In this document: in pieces, positions 17,731-24,817 of the stretch
How positions within the stretch are numbered: position 1 is the stretch's first letter
How the letters are laid out: every line of letters begins with the position of its first letter
Source of the DNA: a virus
Lineage: Duplodnaviria; Caudoviricetes
IMG/VR virus record: IMGVR_UViG_3300036855_000027
Location: 1 to 27,961 of that record
Strand: one strand, 5' to 3'
Length of the DNA stretch: 27,961 bases
Position numbers and translations under genes: made by a program
Notes under the pieces: model-generated
The model's database searches: none
Told to the model about the DNA's origin: nothing
What the model saw: only the letters and a program-made list of their open reading frames with translations

Positions 17731-17936
17731 TGGCTGCCAACTGAACGCGGGGCACATCGGCGGTGGCAGACACGCGCGGGCCACCGCCGATGTGCGTTCT
17801 TGGGGTACTGCCTCTGGCCAGCGCCGCTACAGAGGCCGCAGGTGGTCCACACGCTGTTGCCGTGTTTGTCCCGGCCGCAGTAGACCTGACCTGAGCCTTT
17901 GCAGACGTGGCAGGTGCGGGTCTCGTATCCGGCCAA
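17580..17936 (-). CDS. Small DnaJ-like zinc-finger protein (2 x CxxCxGxG); 3' end doubtful
   Basis: CHVCKGSG and CGLCSGAG; TTG start 1 nt after the upstream stop. The frame runs through the hairpin into the convergent gene. Confidence 0.55.
   Translation of the reverse strand: MAGYETRTCHVCKGSGQVYCGRDKHGNSVWTTCGLCSGAGQRQYPKNAHRRWPARVCHRRCAPRSVGSHHTRSGAAHWASPLPCDRDVTQRASFPSSSTWPLTQDSGVLPHTRTITIG
17752..17795. terminator. 16-bp perfect inverted repeat, probable bidirectional terminator
   Basis: GCACATCGGCGGTGGC (17752-17767) and GCCACCGCCGATGTGC (17780-17795), between convergent genes, followed by GTTCTT. Confidence 0.75.
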
Positions 17937-17937
17937 C

Positions 17938-18189
17938 TCAGGTCAGGGTGATGGCGCCGTGCTGGTCACGGCCCACGGTGAGGCTGTCGTCCCAACCGCA
18001 CTGGCCGGCACCGTCGTGGCTGCCGTAGACGGTGGCGCCGATGCGGTCGACGAGCGCGCCGGGGACACCACAGCGGGGGCAGTCGATGGGGAACGGCTCG
18101 TTGCCGGGCAGCGGGATGCGCTTGCCGCCGAGGAGGCGGGAGCGGAAGACCTGGTGGTTCGCGGCGGGCGACGTTGACGTGGCGGCCAT
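17938..18189 (-). CDS. Hypothetical protein (CPRC...H...C)
   Basis: ATG 18189 with GACACT -10-like hexamer 7 nt upstream; coupled to the zinc-finger gene. Confidence 0.55.
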   Translation of the reverse strand: MAATSTSPAANHQVFRSRLLGGKRIPLPGNEPFPIDCPRCGVPGALVDRIGATVYGSHDGAGQCGWDDSLTVGRDQHGAITLT

Positions 18190-18198
18190 ACGGTCAAG

Positions 18199-18226
18199 TG
18201 TCGCACCTGTCGCACCATGACGCACC
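18199..18226. promoter_or_regulatory. Three tandem TGWCGCACC direct repeats
   Basis: TGTCGCACC 18199-18207 and 18208-18216; TGACGCACC 18218-18226. Confidence 0.65.
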
Positions 18227-18313
18227 TCACCTGTACTGATCGTGACCGTATGACCTAGTCGCAGTCGTCACTACTCGACGGTAGATGCACCGTTTGGGTG
18301 TCATTGTCTGCAC

Positions 18314-18517
18314 ATGGCCGCCGATGATCGCCCCGTGTCCACCGGGGAAGCAGCGAAAGTGATCGGCGTGCACCGCGGCACCTTGACCCGCTGGTGGCAG
18401 CAAGGGCTCGTCACGCCGCGGTTCGTCACGCCGACCGGGTACGCCCGGTGGGACCTCGACGACCTGCGCGCACAGATGCGCGAGTGGCGGCTCGACCAGC
18501 CCGGCCCGGACGCATGA
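18314..18517 (+). CDS. MerR/BldC/Xis-like HTH DNA-binding protein
   Basis: VSTGEAAKVIGVHRGTLTRW...TPTGYARWD signature. Confidence 0.88.
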   Translation: MAADDRPVSTGEAAKVIGVHRGTLTRWWQQGLVTPRFVTPTGYARWDLDDLRAQMREWRLDQPGPDA

Positions 18518-18518
18518 C

Positions 18519-18549
18519 GATGCCCCGGCGAGGAAGCAACCGGGGCATC
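18519..18549. terminator. Hairpin between convergent genes
   Basis: GATGCCCCGG (18519-18528) and CCGGGGCATC (18540-18549). Confidence 0.65.
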
Positions 18550-18592
18550 AGGCGGCAGCGTGGTCAGCCACACCGCGAGGTCATGGGCGCTG

Positions 18593-19213
18593 TCATCCGC
18601 ACGCGCTGGTCTGGTGGGCACCGTAGGTGGCCTGCGCTTTGGTGAACCTCTCACCAGCCGACGAGTCGAGTTGGCTGATCAGGCCACTGCACGAGAAGTG
18701 CGTGTAGTTCAGGTACTGCTGCGCCGACTTGGCGGCCTGCGCGTTCCAGTCCTGGTTGAGGCTGTCCACCGCTGCGGTAGCGACGTCGACGGGGTAGCCG
18801 TCGCCCGCTGAGGAGTCGAGTTGGTCGATGAGTCCCTGCCGGGAGAACGCCGAGAAGTTCAGGTAGTCCTGTGCTGCCCCGATCGCCTGCTGTTCCTGCG
18901 GCGGGACGGCCGGAACGACGGCCGGGGCTGGCTGAGTCTCGGCAGGAGTGGAGTCCGGCGTACTCGGTGCTGCGCTGGTGTCCGTGCTGGCGTTGGGGGT
19001 GGCAGAGCCGGACACGTGGTCGTTGAGGAACTTCCCGGGGCCGAGCTGGCTGCTGCCGCTGTTGCTGGAGACGGCGACGACGACGATGAACAGGACGAGC
19101 ACGCCGAGGGTGATCCACGGCCAGCGGCGGCGCTTGCGCGGCGCCTGCGGCGGCTGGTACTGGGGTGCGGGCTGCTGCCAGGCGGACTGTTCGGGCTGCG
19201 GCGGGTAGGTCAT
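18593..19213 (-). CDS. Ltp-family surface protein (putative superinfection exclusion)
   Basis: Pro/Gln-rich N-terminus, transmembrane helix, linker, two Ltp repeats (AQDYLNFSAFSRQGLIDQL; AQQYLNYTHFSCSGLISQL...FTKAQATYG); RBS AAGGAG. Confidence 0.88.
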   Translation of the reverse strand: MTYPPQPEQSAWQQPAPQYQPPQAPRKRRRWPWITLGVLVLFIVVVAVSSNSGSSQLGPGKFLNDHVSGSATPNASTDTSAAPSTPDSTPAETQPAPAVVPAVPPQEQQAIGAAQDYLNFSAFSRQGLIDQLDSSAGDGYPVDVATAAVDSLNQDWNAQAAKSAQQYLNYTHFSCSGLISQLDSSAGERFTKAQATYGAHQTSACG

Positions 19214-19294
19214 GGCGGGCTCTCCTTGGGCGGATGGTGTGGTTGTCGCGGCGAGGGCCGCGCGGGTTACTGGTTCGAAATCAAGCGAACAAGG

Positions 19295-19759
19295 TCAGGA
19301 GCAGAAGCCAGTAGCGGCGACGGCGGCGTGAGCGAGCGCGGCATCAACGCCGAACTCGTCGACGTACCCGGCCGGGTAGTCGCTGTAGCCGCGGGCGTAC
19401 TCGGTGCACGCCGAGGCATGCCGGGAGTCGACGACCTGCGCCCAGCTCGATGGCATCGTCGCGCCGTGCGCATGCAGGTAGGTGTAGAGCGTCACGCCGG
19501 GATCGGCCGCGTCGACGCCGAGCATGGACGCGACGCTCTCCGGTCGGATGCCGCCGGTGCCGTTCTTGACGGTGGCGAGCACGGACGGCGCGGCACCGAC
19601 CGACGCGGTGACCGCGGTCGGCTTGACTGCGGCCGGCGCGCTGGCAACCGCGAGGATGGCCATGGCGGTGGCGAGCAGGACACCGAAGACGGCGAACCGC
19701 ATCCACAGGGGCGGTCGTAGGCTGGTGGTTGAGGTGAGGGCGTGCCTAGCGTGTCGCAT
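19295..19759 (-). CDS. Secreted/membrane-anchored protein (two Cys, weakly DUF732-like)
   Basis: Hydrophobic signal-like segment; SAC...FCS cysteine pair; probable leaderless ATG 19759. Confidence 0.6.
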   Translation of the reverse strand: MRHARHALTSTTSLRPPLWMRFAVFGVLLATAMAILAVASAPAAVKPTAVTASVGAAPSVLATVKNGTGGIRPESVASMLGVDAADPGVTLYTYLHAHGATMPSSWAQVVDSRHASACTEYARGYSDYPAGYVDEFGVDAALAHAAVAATGFCS

Positions 19760-19765
19760 GTCGTA

Positions 19766-19817
19766 ATGGTGGGATACGTCAACGTATTTTGTCAAGCGAC
19801 GTGTGAGCGTGCATACT
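19766..19817. promoter_or_regulatory. Divergent sigma70-type promoters with overlapping -35 boxes and a central palindrome (candidate attP or operator)
   Basis: Minus strand: TTGACA (19795-19790)-18-CACCAT. Plus strand: TTGTCA (19789-19794)-17-CATACT. Palindrome ATACGT-CA-ACGTAT at 19774-19787. Confidence 0.7.
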
Positions 19818-19824
19818 GATCAGC

Positions 19825-21222
19825 ATGAGCGATCGAGCCCGTCAGGTGGGTGTCTACTGCCGGATCTCCGACGACCGGGAAGGCCGCGAACTGGGCGTTG
19901 AGCGGCAGGAACGGCTGTGTCGCGACCTCGCGGCCAAGTCCGGCGACACCGTGATCGAGGTCTACGTCGACAACGACCTCAGCGCGTGGAGCGCCCGCCG
20001 GGCTCGCCCGGACTTCGCCCGGATGCTGGCCGACGCAGAGGCTGGCCGAATCAACGTGATCATCGCCTACACGCTCAAACGGTTGACGCGACGCTGGGAC
20101 GAGGGCGGTGCGCTGCTCGACCTCGCCAAGGACCGCGGTGTCCGGTACGAGTTCGTGCGCGCGTCGCCCGTCGACCTCAACACGGCCGCCGGGCGCAAGC
20201 AGTTCCGGGGCATGGTCAACGACGCGATCAGCGAGTCGGACGAGTCCTCCGAGCGGATCACTGACGCCAACTCCGACCTGCGCGCGCAGGGTGAACCGAC
20301 CACGCATCTCGGGCACGGATACCGGCGGGTCGACGGGAAGTGGACGGTGGACGAGGTGGCCGCCCGGGCGATGGCGCAGGGCGCGAAGGACTTGCTGGCT
20401 GGGATCTCGCTACGTGCGGTGGCGCGCTCGTGGAACGCGACCACGTTCACGAATCCGAAGCAGCCGTGGACGGCGGATATCGTGCGCAGCACCTTGAGCA
20501 AACCCAGCGTCGCCGGGCTGCTCGCGCACAAGGGCGAGATCGTCGGCAAGGGGAACTGGCCGGCGATCCTGGACGAGTCGACGTGGCGTGCCGTGCGGGT
20601 GTTGCTCGCGGATCCGGAGCGCCGGTTCAGTCATAGCCGTACGCCGGTGTGGGTCGGGGCGGGGATCTACCGGTGTGGTCGGTGCGGTGACGGAACCACG
20701 ATGCGCAGCAACGCGAACACGGCCAAGCTCAACAACATCTACCGGTGCCGCCAGCACAACCACTTGTCGATCAAGTCGGAACCGGTCGACGAGTTCGTGC
20801 GCGCGGCGATCGCGGTGGTGCTCGACGATGGTGGCACCGATCTGCTGGTTGTCGATCACGGTGAGGACCCGGGTGCGTTGCAGGCGGCGCTGACGGATCT
20901 GCGAGGGCAGCAGGCCGACCTGGGGCGCGAATTCGCTGCACGTCGGTTGAGCATGGCCGCGTTCACTGCTGCTGACACGGACCTGTCGCGGCAGCTCGCC
21001 GAGCTCGAACGCAGACTGGCGGACGTGTTCGCGCCTCGCGGTTCAGTACTGGAGGGCATCGCTGACGCGCCGGACCCTGGCGCCGCGTTCCTGGCTGCGG
21101 TAGTCGAGCGGCAGCGCGCGGTGGTTGATGTGCTGGCTGTGGTGACGATCCTGCCGGATGCGGGCAACGGGAGAACGGCCGGTGCTGTCGATACTGATCG
21201 GATCAGGATCGAGCCGCGCTGA
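19825..21222 (+). CDS. int: Large serine integrase
   Basis: YCRIS catalytic motif, DNDLSA, RPDF, RLTR, recombinase domain (GNWPAILD), zinc ribbon (CGRCG...YRC...H), coiled coil. Confidence 0.96.
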   Translation: MSDRARQVGVYCRISDDREGRELGVERQERLCRDLAAKSGDTVIEVYVDNDLSAWSARRARPDFARMLADAEAGRINVIIAYTLKRLTRRWDEGGALLDLAKDRGVRYEFVRASPVDLNTAAGRKQFRGMVNDAISESDESSERITDANSDLRAQGEPTTHLGHGYRRVDGKWTVDEVAARAMAQGAKDLLAGISLRAVARSWNATTFTNPKQPWTADIVRSTLSKPSVAGLLAHKGEIVGKGNWPAILDESTWRAVRVLLADPERRFSHSRTPVWVGAGIYRCGRCGDGTTMRSNANTAKLNNIYRCRQHNHLSIKSEPVDEFVRAAIAVVLDDGGTDLLVVDHGEDPGALQAALTDLRGQQADLGREFAARRLSMAAFTAADTDLSRQLAELERRLADVFAPRGSVLEGIADAPDPGAAFLAAVVERQRAVVDVLAVVTILPDAGNGRTAGAVDTDRIRIEPR

Positions 21223-21223
21223 G

Positions 21224-21255
21224 GCGGGGCGCCCACGTGTCTGGAGGCGCCCCGC
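21224..21255. terminator. Hairpin after integrase
   Basis: GCGGGGCGCC (21224-21233) and GGCGCCCCGC (21246-21255), between convergent genes. Confidence 0.7.
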
Positions 21256-21307
21256 AAGATCGGATACTGCGCGCCAGTGCCGGTCCCGGCGCGTCCCCCA
21301 GTTCCCT

Positions 21308-21553
21308 CTACCTGATTGATCGGATGGCGGCGTAGTCCTGCTCTGCCTGCCGTCGTTCGAGGTTGCGTTCGAGGCGATCGCGGTTGCCAAGCGAAACGTA
21401 GGCCAGCACCTCAACGGCGGTCATGATGAGCAGGACATTCGTCCAGACGGTCGGGTCGGTGTTTCCGGCGATCGCGTCTGAGGCCAGCAGCAGCACGAGC
21501 ATTGCGCCCGTGGCCGCTGCCGCCAACATCAAAAGCAGTCGGCTTGTGGACAT
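21308..21553 (-). CDS. Small two-TM membrane protein downstream of repressor
   Basis: Two hydrophobic segments and a charged C-terminus. Confidence 0.65.
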   Translation of the reverse strand: MSTSRLLLMLAAAATGAMLVLLLASDAIAGNTDPTVWTNVLLIMTAVEVLAYVSLGNRDRLERNLERRQAEQDYAAIRSIR

Positions 21554-21664
21554 TCGTGTACCGTCCGTTACTTGTTGGTTCGCGTGTCTGAAAACCTTTT
21601 CGCTGATCGACACGTGTCCGTTTCAGACCGTCACCCATTTGGAATAGTCAATCGGACACTAGCG

Positions 21665-22081
21665 TCATGACGCTCCGCGTTCGACGTCTCTGTCCTTCTG
21701 GATCTCTCGCAGAAGGTCCCGGGATTCGATGTACGCGGCGTGGCCGAGCGTGCGTTCGATCCGGTCGAGTCGGGCCTGGATCTCTGGGCTGAACTCAGGT
21801 CTTGCTTCGACGACAGCGGGCGGCTGGGCTCCATCGAGGATGGCTTGCGGCGTGTCCACCGTCCATCCAGGCAGCGCGCGCGCGGCAGCCTCGTACACCA
21901 GAGGTCCGACCGGCTCGCCAGCTTCGAGCTTCACCAGGCTGCGGACGCTGATCCGCGCAGCCTCCGCGAAGCTGGGCCGCCACGGGTGGCCGGCGCCTTC
22001 GCGTGCACGCGTGACGGCTAGGCCTAGGGCGACACGCCGTCCCTCGGGATAGTTCCTCGTGTTCAGTCGCTGCGCTGCCAC
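21665..22081 (-). CDS. Immunity repressor (XRE-like HTH); start uncertain (GTG 22081 or ATG 22180)
   Basis: LGLAVTRAR...FAEAARISVRSLVKLEAGEPV helix-turn-helix; divergent from the cro-like gene. Confidence 0.8.
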   Translation of the reverse strand: MAAQRLNTRNYPEGRRVALGLAVTRAREGAGHPWRPSFAEAARISVRSLVKLEAGEPVGPLVYEAAARALPGWTVDTPQAILDGAQPPAVVEARPEFSPEIQARLDRIERTLGHAAYIESRDLLREIQKDRDVERGAS

Positions 22082-22083
22082 CA

Positions 22084-22262
22084 GTGCATCATGGCGCACA
22101 GTCGTGCACGCCGCTACCTGTCTTGACCAGCGGAGACGTGTGCGCCTCAGCCGCCGGTGTCGGCCCGTCAGCGTCCTCATGTCGTGCACTGTAACGCACC
22201 ATCGTGCACAGTTGCAACATCGTGCATTGACACCGTGCAAACGATCGTGCACGATCGTGCAC
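22084..22262. promoter_or_regulatory. Repressor/cro switch: CGTGCA operator array and rightward promoter
   Basis: TCGTGCAC at 22102, 22182, 22202, 22245, 22255; variants at 22220 and 22233; TTGACA (22227-22232)-17-CACGAT (22250-22255). Confidence 0.85.
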
Positions 22263-22601
22263 ATGCCAGCCGTAAATGGACCCGCGTGGCGCCACCGCCG
22301 CGCCGAGATGGACATCACCTCAAACGAGGCGGCACGGCGACTGGGCATCGCCGGGGGAGCGCTCCGCCAGATCGAGACCGGCGTGCACCCAGCCTCGCTC
22401 CAGTTGGTCTACCGGGCCGCGCGTCTGTTTCGCGGTGACGACGAACAGGTCCGCGAGGTCGCGGCTGAGCTGCTCGCCGCAGGCAACGAGGGCGTGCCGG
22501 ACAAGCCGCCAGACCAGCCGACCCAGCCGATAGGCCCTAACCCGCGCAAGGACCGCGAGACCCGAAAGACCGGACCGAAGCGTGCGCGGAGCGCGGCGTG
22601 A
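22263..22601 (+). CDS. Cro-like XRE HTH protein
   Basis: VNGPAWRHRR...SNEAARRLGIAGGALRQIETG; ATG 7 nt after the -10 hexamer. Confidence 0.85.
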   Translation: MPAVNGPAWRHRRAEMDITSNEAARRLGIAGGALRQIETGVHPASLQLVYRAARLFRGDDEQVREVAAELLAAGNEGVPDKPPDQPTQPIGPNPRKDRETRKTGPKRARSAA

Positions 22602-22765
22602 GCGCCCGGCGCTCTCCCGCAACAGAAGCCGCGCTCGCTGCGCTTCCCGAGCGTGCGCGGCAAGCCATCGCCGAACTGACGCGCAACTGGCCACGGTTCA
22701 CCGCCTAGCAGGGGGCCACGCTGGTCCACCTGCTCGGCGACGCCGCTCAACCTGCCGCAGCCTGA
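22598..22765 (+). pseudogene. Putative recombination directionality factor (phiRv1 Xis-like) with in-frame TAG at 22706-22708
   Basis: GTGA overlap with cro; reads ...AIAELTRNWPRFTA*QGATLVHLLGDAAQPAAA to TGA 22763-22765. Confidence 0.55.
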
Positions 22766-22805
22766 AAAAGCAACGCGGCTCACCCGCGTCAACCGAGTGA
22801 GCCGC
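22765..22805 (-). terminator. Hairpin with adjacent A-run (U-tract on minus strand)
   Basis: GCGGCTCAC (22775-22783) and GTGAGCCGC (22797-22805); AAAAA at 22765-22769. Confidence 0.5.
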
Positions 22806-22830
22806 TAGACAACCGAGAGGAATGGTCTCG

Positions 22831-23235
22831 ATGTCCACCATGGATGTTCCCACACGCGGAGGCAGTCTGCTGTCACGGGCTGAGGCCGGGGCTGCGTTCC
22901 TCGATGAGCGCCTGCCCGCCTGGTTTGTGTTGGTGAACCCGAAAACGCTCGACATCGGACGCGGGAACCGGTGCGTGCTCGGCCAGTTGGGTCGGTTCGT
23001 GAAGCACGAGGAGTGCGACCGGAACGCCCTGTATCTGGCGGTGGCCGACACGTTCGGGTTGAGCGCGGTCGCCTTGCTGGGTCTGGGTTTCAACGCTGAG
23101 TCGCTGGACGACATCGTGCCGTTGACGGTCGCCTGGATCGCGGTGATCAACCGGCGTCGCAGGCTCGGCCCGGTCGCTGGCCTGCCGGTCGCCGACGTGC
23201 AGGTGGTCCCGGACGCTGAACTGGCGGTCGTGTGA
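22831..23235 (+). CDS. Hypothetical phage protein (GAAFLD...CVLGQL type)
   Basis: RBS GAGAGG; coupled to the downstream gene by TGATG. Confidence 0.75.
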   Translation: MSTMDVPTRGGSLLSRAEAGAAFLDERLPAWFVLVNPKTLDIGRGNRCVLGQLGRFVKHEECDRNALYLAVADTFGLSAVALLGLGFNAESLDDIVPLTVAWIAVINRRRRLGPVAGLPVADVQVVPDAELAVV

Positions 23236-23357
23236 TGAGGCTCCGTCTCGTCACGGCCGCCGTGGTGGCCACCCTGCTCGCCCCGCTCAGCCCGACTGCT
23301 GCCGTCGGCGCGGTCGTCGTTGCGGTCGCGCTGCGCATCACCGAGGTGACCCGATGA
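23235..23357 (+). CDS. 40-aa hydrophobic microprotein
   Basis: TGATG and ATGA overlaps at both ends; MRLRLVTAAVVATLLAPLSPTAAVGAVVVAVALRITEVTR. Confidence 0.65.
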   Translation: MRLRLVTAAVVATLLAPLSPTAAVGAVVVAVALRITEVTR

Positions 23358-23596
23358 GCCTACCGAGCGACATCGAGCCGGACATGGTGCCGCGCCGGGG
23401 CTCGATCGTCACCACCACCAACGAGTCCGGTGACTGGTTGGTCATCGGCTTCGTCGTCAGCCTGCTCAAGACCGAGCTCGTGTTGCGTCAGACCGTCCCG
23501 GACAGCTTGTCCGACGAGCCGCGCGTGATCCGCTCCGACACCCGAACCTGCTTGATCGTTTCCATGCCGCTGAACACCGGAAGGACCACGCCATGA
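23354..23596 (+). CDS. Hypothetical protein
   Basis: RBS GAGGTG; ATGA coupling on both sides. Confidence 0.7.
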   Translation: MSLPSDIEPDMVPRRGSIVTTTNESGDWLVIGFVVSLLKTELVLRQTVPDSLSDEPRVIRSDTRTCLIVSMPLNTGRTTP

Positions 23597-24054
23597 CCAC
23601 CACCCCAGCCCAGAAGCAGACCGCCGAGGAGAAGGCAGCGTTGCGCGCGGCCGGCCTGCGCAAGCTCGCCGACCTCGTCGAGGCGCACCCCGAACTGGAT
23701 GCGACCTACCTCGATGACGTCAACACGTTCTACGCCTGGACCAAAGAGGACGTTGCCGGTGCGATCCGTGCCGGCCTGGAGTTCGGGGCGAAGGTGACGA
23801 AGGAGCCGGTTGGCAACTCGTCGTCGTTCGAGACGAAGCTGTCGTGGGACGGGTTCAGCGCCTCGGTGCTGGGGAGCCGCGCGCAGGTGTGCGAGCGGGT
23901 CGTGGTCGGGACCGAGACGGTGACGAAGACCGTCAAGGACCCCGAAGCCCTCGCCGCCGTTCCTGAGATCGAGGTGACCGAAGAGGTCGAGGTCGTGCGG
24001 TGGGACTGCCGCCCGATCTTGGACGGCGAGCCGGTCCCGTCGGTGGTGGCGTGA
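23593..24054 (+). CDS. Hypothetical phage protein
   Basis: RBS GGAAGGA; AAGLRKLAD and RAQVCERVVVGTE...WDCRPIL motifs. Confidence 0.8.
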   Translation: MTTTPAQKQTAEEKAALRAAGLRKLADLVEAHPELDATYLDDVNTFYAWTKEDVAGAIRAGLEFGAKVTKEPVGNSSSFETKLSWDGFSASVLGSRAQVCERVVVGTETVTKTVKDPEALAAVPEIEVTEEVEVVRWDCRPILDGEPVPSVVA

Positions 24055-24233
24055 TGCTGGAAATCGTCGGTGCCATCTGGGTTGCCGGGCTCGTGCTGTA
24101 CGTCGCGTGGGGTCTGTGGCACACGACGACCGTGGACGCGGTGAAGCCGCGCCCGCTGCGCCGGGCGTGGTCGAAGCAGGACCAGGCCGAGTTCGACGAG
24201 ATGGTCAACGCACGCCAGCGCGGTGAAGCGTGA
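24054..24233 (+). CDS. Small single-TM protein
   Basis: TGATG overlap; N-terminal hydrophobic helix. Confidence 0.65.
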   Translation: MLEIVGAIWVAGLVLYVAWGLWHTTTVDAVKPRPLRRAWSKQDQAEFDEMVNARQRGEA

Positions 24234-24817
24234 GCGACCTCGACTGGATGATCGCCGCATCCCAGGTGCTGGGCCAGTTCTTCAAGGGCCGCTACGACGA
24301 ACTCCGCGCCGAAGCCGAAACCGAGATGAACCCGGGCGACCGCCGGGTGGTGCTGTCGCCGCTGGACGGGAAGACGCCGATCGCTGAGGTGTACCGGTCG
24401 AAGCCGCGCGACGTCGCGATCGTCGACGACCCCGAGAAGTTCACGACGTGGATGCGCGCCAACTATCGGGGCATGACCGAGACCACCTACGAGGTGATCG
24501 GCACCGACGAGCAGGTGCTACGGGTGCTGTTCGAGCACGCCCCGCACCTGCTCAAGGCGAAGCACAAGGTGAAGCAGAAGGCGCGCCTGGACATTCTCGA
24601 CCAGGCCACCAAGAACGGGTTCCCGATGGGACCAGGCGGCGAGGCCGACATGCCCGGTGTCGGGTTCACGAAGAACAGCCAGCCGTATGTGGCGTGCAGG
24701 CCCGACAAGGACGCGGCGCTGGCGATGTTCCAGCTGTACGCGCAGGGCCGTATCGGCCTGGATGGCGCGCTGCTGGCGATCGAAGCACCCAAGGGGGAAA
24801 CGTCCGTTGAATCCTGA
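24230..24817 (+). CDS. Hypothetical protein adjacent to recombinase
   Basis: GTGA overlap, 195 aa, typical codon usage. Confidence 0.75.
   Translation: MSDLDWMIAASQVLGQFFKGRYDELRAEAETEMNPGDRRVVLSPLDGKTPIAEVYRSKPRDVAIVDDPEKFTTWMRANYRGMTETTYEVIGTDEQVLRVLFEHAPHLLKAKHKVKQKARLDILDQATKNGFPMGPGGEADMPGVGFTKNSQPYVACRPDKDAALAMFQLYAQGRIGLDGALLAIEAPKGETSVES

Noticed and set aside
17943-18230. Alternative minus-strand ORF with GAGGTG before ATG 18218
   Set aside because: Ser/Pro/Thr low-complexity translation; the frame ending at 17938 looks more protein-like and couples to the next gene.
19255-19290. GGTTCGAAATC resembling a tRNA T-loop
   Set aside because: The T-stem does not pair properly and no cloverleaf can be built.
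22084-22262. Repeat array as a possible mini-CRISPR
   Set aside because: Repeats are 6-8 bp at about 10-bp spacing with no spacers; an operator array fits better.
21308-22708. Genome-wide amber (TAG) recoding
   Set aside because: Only one internal TAG was seen, no suppressor tRNA is in the window, and TAG appears to terminate the 21308-21553 gene normally.
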